Of a stretch of 64,000 nucleotides of DNA, positions 58,074 through 64,000 are shown piece after piece. Positions within the stretch are counted from its first letter, which is position 1; each line of letters opens with the position of its first letter. The position numbers were made by a program, and so were the translations under genes. This DNA is from a virus. Under the pieces are notes generated by a model, which ran no database searches, had not been told where the DNA came from, and saw only the letters and a list, made by a program, of their open reading frames with translations. The stretch is taken from positions 1-64,000 of the IMG/VR virus record IMGVR_UViG_3300048920_000015; one strand, written 5' to 3'.

Positions 58074-58988
58074 TTACTTAACGCCGTAACGGGCTTTAAG
58101 GATTGCAGTAGTGCGGTCAACTTCTTCTTGCGATTCAGCACCAGCACCAGCAACGCCAGTTTCGGTCATCATTTCGGAAGCATCAACAGCGGAAGCCAGA
58201 GACTTCATTGTTTCAACGGTTGCAGCGAAAGCTTCGTCATCAAGAGCAGACAGAGACTTCAGTACAGCTTCTACTTTATCAGCAGACACTTTAGCAGAAG
58301 TAAGTGCAGCCTTACGGGCTTCAACTTTAGCGCTTGCAGCAGCAGCTTTGAAAACTTCTAGCTCAGCGTTGGCTGCTTTCAAGAGTTCAACTTGTGCGTC
58401 AAGAGACTTTTGGATTTCTGCAACAGCAGTCAAACCAGCAGCCTTCTCAATAGCAACGGCATCAGCCAAAGCTTCTAGGTGAGCAGATTTCAGGATTTGT
58501 TCCATTTGGGTAACTTCCTCATGTTTAATTTGTGTTTGTTCTGGGAGTGCTTTAAAGGCTTTCTCCAGCATTTCTTGATCGGCCATAAGGGCCAGAGTTT
58601 GTTCTGGAGTCAGAGCTGCTAGAGCCTTCTCCACGTCTTGGGCTTTGTACACAGACTTCATGAGTTTGATAGATTCAACCTTCTGGTCGATCCAATCTTT
58701 CTCATCAGTATCAGGATACTCTGTACGTCCGTAGCCCATAACAGAAGAAAGAACTTCTGCATCATCCCAGTAAAGTCCAAAGAACTTACGCAGGAATTCG
58801 GGGAACTGCATCTCAACGGTTACTGTTGTAGCCTTCTCGATTTGTTCTTGTGTGATGTTGTTTGTTGCTTTTGTAATAAGTGTTGTGACTCCATTAGCTG
58901 GACCACCTTGATGCTTACTAACAAGGGCAACGTGAGCACCTTCATGCTCAAACTTGATATCTGTTAGACGACGTTTTGCAATAGTCAT
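58074..58988 (-). CDS. scaffolding protein, 304 aa
   Basis: Ala/Glu/Lys-rich coiled coil between the protease and decoration genes. Confidence 0.6.
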   Translation of the reverse strand: MTIAKRRLTDIKFEHEGAHVALVSKHQGGPANGVTTLITKATNNITQEQIEKATTVTVEMQFPEFLRKFFGLYWDDAEVLSSVMGYGRTEYPDTDEKDWIDQKVESIKLMKSVYKAQDVEKALAALTPEQTLALMADQEMLEKAFKALPEQTQIKHEEVTQMEQILKSAHLEALADAVAIEKAAGLTAVAEIQKSLDAQVELLKAANAELEVFKAAAASAKVEARKAALTSAKVSADKVEAVLKSLSALDDEAFAATVETMKSLASAVDASEMMTETGVAGAGAESQEEVDRTTAILKARYGVK

Positions 58989-59437
58989 TCTAGTTCCTCG
59001 GCAACCGCCATAGCACCAATGGACACGCCATTGATTTCACCGGATTTAACACCTTGCCACAATCCTTCTCCAGTTTCAGTCTCAGGGAAGTGCCACCACT
59101 GCAACCATGTACCCTTCTGAACCTCAACACCGTTATCCAGTGTGAATGTAGCAGGAGAGATAAACGATTGAACAACGGTTGCTTCCGAGGTTTCAACTTG
59201 GTGGAAAAGGTTTGCAACACGGCAATGTTCGTTATAGTTGTCACAAGCCTTCTCAACTTCTTGGGCAGTATATGTGTCGCCATGTAGGTCAACAACATCT
59301 GGCTCAAGAACAACGAACAAAGCCTTTCGGTCTTCTTCGTCAAGAGACTTGGTAACTTCTACCTCAACTTTAGGAAGCTCTTGTGAGCCTCCAAAGTGTT
59401 TTTCAATTAGTTCTGCAAGTGCATCAACAAATTTCAT
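58985..59437 (-). CDS. prohead protease, XkdF-like, 150 aa
   Basis: EPDVVDLHGDTYTAQEVEKACDNYNEH...NLFH fits the XkdF-type pattern. Downstream of the portal gene. Confidence 0.6.
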   Translation of the reverse strand: MKFVDALAELIEKHFGGSQELPKVEVEVTKSLDEEDRKALFVVLEPDVVDLHGDTYTAQEVEKACDNYNEHCRVANLFHQVETSEATVVQSFISPATFTLDNGVEVQKGTWLQWWHFPETETGEGLWQGVKSGEINGVSIGAMAVAEELE

Positions 59438-59446
59438 CGTGACTCC

Positions 59447-60916
59447 TTATGCGTTATTTGCAGCAGCGTTGTCACGACCGGAAGACTTCTTAGATGCACC
59501 ATTACCACCACCTGCTGCCATTCCGTCACCTGCTTGGCTATCGCCTCCCATGATTTCTTCTTTGTCAACTGGTTCATCTGGTTTCTTAGGTGTTACCTTA
59601 ATGCTTTCACGAATCTTGTTAGCCATTGGACGGTCAAGTTCAAGAGCACCAACACTACCCATACGTTGAATTGCTTTGGAGAATTCATCCAAGTCAACTT
59701 CGTCAAGATCACCATACTGCAACTTAGGCAGTTCTTTAGCTGTCAGGATTTCTCCATTCAATGCAAAGAGTTGTGGGATAAGATCGTTGTTGAGTACGTC
59801 TTGAATCTCCTTCAGGCGGGCTTCAATAGCCATAGCCATAATGTTTGTTTTTGCACCAGCAAGTGAGTAAGAACCAACTTGATCCTGACCCATCTTCAAC
59901 ATGTCAGCAAACAACACCATCAGGATTTTGTTGTCCCAACGTTTAATGATTGCGTCTGTGTCGTACATCTTTCCACCTTGGGTAGAAGTCAGTTCGAACT
60001 TGAAGAGTGGTTGACGGCTTTCTGGGTCGAATGCTTGAGGCAAGATCAAACCAGACTGTTCGTTCATTTGGATGTTTCGGATAACGTTCTTGTAGTATTC
60101 GAAGATTGCCTTCTCACTATCAGATGCGTCTTCACTCATGTAGCGTGGTGGAAGATACAAGGTTGGCATACCGTTCATATCACGTGTGATACCAATAGCT
60201 TCTTGTTCTTCGATCTGTCTACGGAAGAGCCAAGCATTGTAGCAACCACGTAGAGGCGAGTTGCCTTCTGGGTTGTCACGCTTAGAGTCTACACGGAACA
60301 GCATGAATTTCTTGCGAGGGATTTGGATGATACCGTCAGAGTTCAAAGCTACGATGTTCGCATAACGATCACCGCCTTGAACTCCCGCTAGGTTCTGTTC
60401 CAGCCCGATTAGGTCACGACCGTCATCACTGAACACCCAACGGCTGATCGTGTCCTGAGAGCGAACTGGGAGCTTCTTGATGCCAACCTTGTTGTCATTG
60501 TAAGAAGAGCCAGCCTCAAAGGTACGACGACGATAAACCTTCTCGTTAACACAGAAGCCGTATGTGTACATGCTGGTAACTTCACGAATGAAGTCAGCAA
60601 AGCTGTGGTCCATGTCGTGGATAACGCTCTCAAGGAACTCTCCACGGGCTTTCATAGTTGCGTCAGGTTCAACACCCAAGTCAACACACCAATCAACACG
60701 GCTAATCATCATCTCAACAAGAGAGATGGCAGAGCGGATTGTTGCGTCTTGCCCCATTGTACGGTAAGTACGGCAGGCTTCAGGGAACCTCAGTTCACGT
60801 CTGTTTTCTTCTGCAATGTTACCGCCATATTGTTTGAGTCCAACTACACCGATTTCACCAAGACGGAGACGAGGCATAGGAGCAGCTACTTTTTCAATCT
60901 TAGTTCTCTTAGCCAT
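59447..60916 (-). CDS. portal protein, 489 aa
   Basis: Size and position immediately after the large terminase gene. Confidence 0.75.
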   Translation of the reverse strand: MAKRTKIEKVAAPMPRLRLGEIGVVGLKQYGGNIAEENRRELRFPEACRTYRTMGQDATIRSAISLVEMMISRVDWCVDLGVEPDATMKARGEFLESVIHDMDHSFADFIREVTSMYTYGFCVNEKVYRRRTFEAGSSYNDNKVGIKKLPVRSQDTISRWVFSDDGRDLIGLEQNLAGVQGGDRYANIVALNSDGIIQIPRKKFMLFRVDSKRDNPEGNSPLRGCYNAWLFRRQIEEQEAIGITRDMNGMPTLYLPPRYMSEDASDSEKAIFEYYKNVIRNIQMNEQSGLILPQAFDPESRQPLFKFELTSTQGGKMYDTDAIIKRWDNKILMVLFADMLKMGQDQVGSYSLAGAKTNIMAMAIEARLKEIQDVLNNDLIPQLFALNGEILTAKELPKLQYGDLDEVDLDEFSKAIQRMGSVGALELDRPMANKIRESIKVTPKKPDEPVDKEEIMGGDSQAGDGMAAGGGNGASKKSSGRDNAAANNA

Positions 60917-60917
60917 G

Positions 60918-62390
60918 TTATCCTCTGTAGAAAGCGAATGGGTTAGCTTGGGTCATAACTGGAACCGAGAATTCTGGAAGGTATTGTTCAGAAGAGAGTG
61001 CGTGGAAAGCATCAGATGTTGCGTCCACTTGGTCATCTTTGATATTCTTACTACCGTCGAACCTTTCGAGTTCAAGCAAGTAGTCCTTAGTCCAGTCGGC
61101 TTCAACAATCTCAACGTTGCCAGCTTCACATGTTGCAGCGAATGGGGCAAAGCGAGTGACCTTGGATTTGTTTGTCTGTTTCATACGAGCGTAGAACCCA
61201 TGATCAGCCAAGTCACGAATGAGTTGAGCAGCATAAGCTTTACCGGCAGCACCGGGGTCGCATGGAACAATGATTTGAACATCATCACCATCGTGCCTTG
61301 CAGTTTCCAGAATCAGTTCGAACACACCACCATGACGGCGACGATCACGAACAACATCTTCAACTGTAAAGATTCCCATCTTGTTGCGGCTCATCAAGAC
61401 ACCAGCAGTCCAGTCAGGGTTACGGTTGGTTTCAGATTCGACAGTACCACTGATATCCCATGCACGAACGCGCTTGATAGAAGCGATATCACGCTGAGTT
61501 ACCATGTTGCACCAGTTGGATTTGAAGTAGCCTGTGCCTTCAGCACGTGCTAGCCAGCTTCCATATAGCAGACGTTCTTTCTCAACACGACCAAGACCTT
61601 CCAGCCAACCTACATATTCAGGTTGAGCTTCACAGAGAACTGGGTTGTCGTAAACGTTAGCTGCAATAAACTTGAAGCTGATTGGTTTGATTTGTTTCTT
61701 ATGACCACGTGGTAGATCGGGATTACCATACTTCTCGTACAATTCATCCAGCGAATCTCCCCAGAGCATCTTACCGTCATTCTTGATGAAGTAGCGGATA
61801 ACACCGTCACGTTCAGGAATAGGGATGCCTGTGTCTGGATCAAGCCACCACTCCAACCAGTGACGCAGGAAAGAACCATAGTCAGGGTTACAAGTGATTT
61901 TCATGTGTGGCTTAACTTCAACACACTTAGGGTTACGCATACGAGATGTCAAGTATGTAACCATTGCCTCTTCGAACTGCTGACCTTCGTCAACTAGGAA
62001 TTGGGATACTTCCCAACCTTGAAAGTTGTCTTCGTCTTTTTGGTTTTCGAAGTGACGGAGGTAAACTTTAGCCCCGTTGGAGAAAAGGAAGTGGTGTTCT
62101 TTATCACGCCATCTTACCTTTGGGTCGATAAGCTTAAAGAGTTCTTCGGCCTTTTCATGAAGACCGCCCGGACCTTTAAGTTGTGGAGTTGTACGTCTTA
62201 CCATACAGCCCCGGAATGTTGGATACTGGATATGTTTAAGGAAGTCCATAACACCCAGATAACTTTTACCAGCTCCAGCAGCACCACCAAACACGGTAAT
62301 GTCAGCTTCGCTGTGCATGAAGTCGTATTGCTTTTGAGACTTAGGCCCGATAACGTTAGGGTCCAAGTCAAAGACCATATCGTCAGCCAT
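60918..62390 (-). CDS. terL: terminase large subunit, 490 aa
   Basis: Walker A FGGAAGAGKSY, Walker B LVDEGQ, and C-terminal nuclease acidic motifs. Confidence 0.85.
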   Translation of the reverse strand: MADDMVFDLDPNVIGPKSQKQYDFMHSEADITVFGGAAGAGKSYLGVMDFLKHIQYPTFRGCMVRRTTPQLKGPGGLHEKAEELFKLIDPKVRWRDKEHHFLFSNGAKVYLRHFENQKDEDNFQGWEVSQFLVDEGQQFEEAMVTYLTSRMRNPKCVEVKPHMKITCNPDYGSFLRHWLEWWLDPDTGIPIPERDGVIRYFIKNDGKMLWGDSLDELYEKYGNPDLPRGHKKQIKPISFKFIAANVYDNPVLCEAQPEYVGWLEGLGRVEKERLLYGSWLARAEGTGYFKSNWCNMVTQRDIASIKRVRAWDISGTVESETNRNPDWTAGVLMSRNKMGIFTVEDVVRDRRRHGGVFELILETARHDGDDVQIIVPCDPGAAGKAYAAQLIRDLADHGFYARMKQTNKSKVTRFAPFAATCEAGNVEIVEADWTKDYLLELERFDGSKNIKDDQVDATSDAFHALSSEQYLPEFSVPVMTQANPFAFYRG

Positions 62391-62410
62391 TGCCTGTCCT
62401 CATTTTTAGT

Positions 62411-62441
62411 TGAATAAAGGGCGTGGCCGAAGCCACATCCC
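62411..62441 (-). terminator. terminator-like hairpin (9 bp plus a bulge, UUCG loop, TTTATT) between the late promoter and terL
   Basis: GGGATGTGGC-TTCG-GCCACGCCC on the minus strand (62419..62441). Confidence 0.55.
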
Positions 62442-62478
62442 TGTTTTTCTGTTTAGAGACTTGCTCTCTATGTATATT

Positions 62479-62506
62479 ATTGTACATCGGAATTGACAGT
62501 TGTCAA
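62479..62506 (-). promoter_or_regulatory. sigma70-type promoter TTGACA-16-TACAAT; the only such promoter upstream of the 23-kb late operon
   Basis: Read on the minus strand, 89 nt upstream of the terL ATG. Confidence 0.65.
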
Positions 62507-62538
62507 CCCCTAAGCATAACATTTATTGAAAATAGATG

Positions 62539-62760
62539 TCAAGCAGTTTTCAAAGCTGTGATGACAGCGTTCAACTTAGTCTTGATTTCATTCACAAGTG
62601 TCAAAGCTGTAGGCAGGTCAGTAGCGTTTGGAGACGTTACAGCAGCAAGAGCGGCGATAGCAGCGGAGTTAGCAGTAGAGTCAGTGAAGGCTCCAGCTTT
62701 GATCCCTTCGATAAGACCAAGTTGGGCAATCAATGTATATTGTTGGTTTGCAGTAAGCAT
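62539..62760 (-). CDS. hypothetical Ala-rich protein, 73 aa
   Basis: Track ORF. Confidence 0.55.
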   Translation of the reverse strand: MLTANQQYTLIAQLGLIEGIKAGAFTDSTANSAAIAALAAVTSPNATDLPTALTLVNEIKTKLNAVITALKTA

Positions 62761-62777
62761 TTTAAAGTTTCCTTATA

Positions 62778-63596
62778 TTAAGGGCGCTCTTCCCAAATCA
62801 GGGAATAGACACCGGTAGCGGCAGCATTGCCAATGTTTTCAAGCCTCAAGTAGTATGTACCTGCTGCTAGTCCACGTTCTGTTGATGCAGCTCCGAGAAC
62901 TGTCTGCTGCTGTGCATTAGAGTTTGCAGCAACTACTCGGAAAAGTTCTACGATCGTGCCTCCTGTTGCTGTACCGCCAGAAGCGATAGTAACTTGAGGT
63001 GTGTAGAATGGAGACTTCCTAGTAGTCATACGGTTCTTACCAACTACTGGGATTGTATTGGAGTATGTCCCGGCGGGCGTTGCACCAGTATAAGCACTGA
63101 ATCGAATACTGCCTGCATCAACTGTCAAACTTTGTTCGAAAATTATGAAGTTGATTGGGGATGTAAATCGGATGTAGACGGACGCACCACTTGCAATGTT
63201 GAACTCGTAGAACGTTCGGAACTCTCTCCCTTCGAAGAAGCCTGTTTGTCCAGAGTCAACACGCAGACGGCGGTAGCCCTCTGTGTCAGATGTATACAAG
63301 TCTGGTGATAAGTCTACACGTTCAAATAGACCTGAACGACTGTCAACCAAAGTATCGCAATGGATCGGTCCAGTGGAGCCTCTGACCCACAGCTTAGAGG
63401 TTTTAGGGGAGAAGACATACTCTTTGCCGTGTTCGACTGTTACGGCTCCTGAATCGCTTGTAGGAATCGTGTCAGAGATTACCATGTAAAGTGTGGATGA
63501 GGTTTCATTACGAATTACTACAGACTGCCCAGCGGCGAAACCTGTTGCAGTATGCACGTCATAATAGGTCGTAGAATTTGGAAGGGTGATTTGCAT
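62778..63596 (-). CDS. hypothetical beta-rich protein, 272 aa
   Basis: Track ORF. AAGGAA RBS. No motif recognised. Confidence 0.65.
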   Translation of the reverse strand: MQITLPNSTTYYDVHTATGFAAGQSVVIRNETSSTLYMVISDTIPTSDSGAVTVEHGKEYVFSPKTSKLWVRGSTGPIHCDTLVDSRSGLFERVDLSPDLYTSDTEGYRRLRVDSGQTGFFEGREFRTFYEFNIASGASVYIRFTSPINFIIFEQSLTVDAGSIRFSAYTGATPAGTYSNTIPVVGKNRMTTRKSPFYTPQVTIASGGTATGGTIVELFRVVAANSNAQQQTVLGAASTERGLAAGTYYLRLENIGNAAATGVYSLIWEERP

Positions 63597-63620
63597 AATC
63601 CAATTCCTTTGTGGATTTCA

Positions 63621-63648
63621 GAAACGAGAAAACCCTCACAAGGAGGGT
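63621..63648 (-). terminator. terminator-like hairpin (CCCTC/GAGGG plus TTTTCTCGTTT) after the tRNA cluster
   Basis: Stem 63633..63647. Confidence 0.45.
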
Positions 63649-63713
63649 AATCTGACAAGACAGACTGCTTGGGTAGCACGTGGCTACATAGAGGTGGGTC
63701 AGTCGTCTGTGTT

Positions 63714-63789
63714 TGGTGAGTCAAAGAGGGAATCGAACCACTTCCTACTGCTCGTCGCAGTATGCACGGCCATTGTGCTACTCGGACTC
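63714..63789 (-). tRNA. tRNA-like sequence with encoded CCA; non-canonical (possible Arg-ACG remnant)
   Basis: GGTTCGATTCC T-loop, perfect D stem GCAC/GTGC, perfect anticodon stem TACTG/CAGTA. However the T stem pairs only 2-3 bp, there are extra nucleotides between the acceptor and D stems, and the loop CGACGAG lacks U33. Confidence 0.3.
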
Positions 63790-63796
63790 ATAAACT

Positions 63797-63872
63797 TGGT
63801 GCATTCTTGTGGTATCGAGCCACATCCTCTGGGTTTTCAATCCAGTGCTTCTACCTAGTTAGCTTAGAATGC
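63797..63872 (-). tRNA. tRNA-Phe (GAA), 76 nt with encoded CCA
   Basis: Hand-folded. Acceptor GCATTCT/AGAATGC. Anticodon loop TTGAAAA is identical to E. coli tRNA-Phe. T arm TGTGG-CTCGATA-CCACA. One A31-C39 mismatch. Confidence 0.85.
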
Positions 63873-63881
63873 ATACTTGAA

Positions 63882-63955
63882 TTTGAAGATACTCTCGCTG
63901 AATCGCAAGTCGGTGCACTACCGCTTGGGGTTGGGGTTTAACCACCATCTTCAAA
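63882..63955. other. 74-nt element closed by a 9-bp stem (TTTGAAGAT/ATCTTCAAA) occupying a tRNA-sized slot; not a cloverleaf
   Basis: Lies 9 nt from tRNA-Phe and 2 nt from tRNA-Gly. Internal 8-bp hairpin CAAGCGGT/ACCG-A-CTTG. Confidence 0.3.
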
Positions 63956-63957
63956 AT

Positions 63958-64000
63958 TGGTGCGGGATTAGGGAGTCGAACCCTAGTTCCTCGGGTGGAA
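63958..64000 (-). tRNA. tRNA, 3' part only (window edge); probably Gly (UCC)
   Basis: Perfect T arm TAGGG-TTCGACT-CCCTA, acceptor ATCCCGC-A-CCA, 4-nt variable loop. The visible loop xTTCCAC gives UCC with U33 and A37. Confidence 0.6.

Noticed and set aside
62539-62760. Considered as the small terminase subunit because it lies upstream of terL.
   Set aside because: It is separated from terL by a promoter and a terminator. It is only 73 aa, Ala-rich, and has no DNA-binding motif that I can see. TerS is more likely outside the window or not recognisable by eye.
63882-63955. Tested as a tRNA, including a possible ochre suppressor (looked for a UUA anticodon loop) on both strands.
   Set aside because: No D, anticodon or T arm geometry can be built. 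An apparent TTTAAA loop came from my own miscount of the sequence (the real sequence is GGTTAAACC). It is kept only as an unexplained hairpin element.
1-64000. Prophage or mobile-element boundaries, integrase, att sites, rRNA, toxin-antitoxin pairs, and known defence systems (CBASS, Thoeris, R-M, retrons).
   Set aside because: No integrase, recombinase, reverse transcriptase, methyltransferase or cyclase motifs were seen in any ORF. The window looks like the contiguous core of a lytic-type phage genome.

Overview
This window looks like about 64 kb of a tailed dsDNA phage genome, with no integrase or attachment site visible. Coding density is very high and almost everything is on the minus strand. 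Many genes are joined by ATGA or TAATG stop/start overlaps.

Layout in transcription order (high to low coordinates):
- 64000-63714: tRNA cluster.
- 63596-62539: two unknown genes.
- 62390-39720: a lambda/Mu-like late operon. It encodes terminase large subunit, portal, XkdF-type protease, scaffold, gpD-like decoration protein, gpE-like major capsid, connectors, DUF3383-type sheath, three tandem tube paralogues, a frameshifted chaperone, tape measure, baseplate and two repeat-rich tail fibres.
- 39706-37735: lysis cassette with a SAR endolysin, a pinholin candidate and overlapped spanins.
- 35824-37710: the only convincing plus-strand cassette. It holds an acidic 116-aa protein, an RNA ligase and two zinc-ribbon mini-proteins.
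- 35391-1: a long early/middle region. It carries a T7-like replisome (primase-helicase, family A polymerase, gp6-like exonuclease, an SSB with a host-like DDDVPF tip) and nucleotide metabolism genes (nrdAB, thyX, MazG-like, second pyrophosphohydrolase, glutaredoxin-like). It also holds four HNH/EndoVII nucleases and dozens of small unknown proteins.

I hand-translated 14 sub-60-aa ORFs that are missing from the ORF track.

About 21 near-consensus sigma70-type promoters lie in the early half. The late half has a single one, followed immediately by a terminator.

Most notable unexplained items:
- the reverse-strand RNA-ligase cassette;
- a four-member paralogue family ending in W-x-S-S-x-C;
- repeat-rich, origin-like noncoding regions at 5.6-6.6 kb;
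- a 330-nt structured leader;
- a gene interrupted by an in-frame TAA;
- non-canonical tRNA-sized elements.

All functional calls rest on motifs I could read by eye and on gene order. No database search was run.
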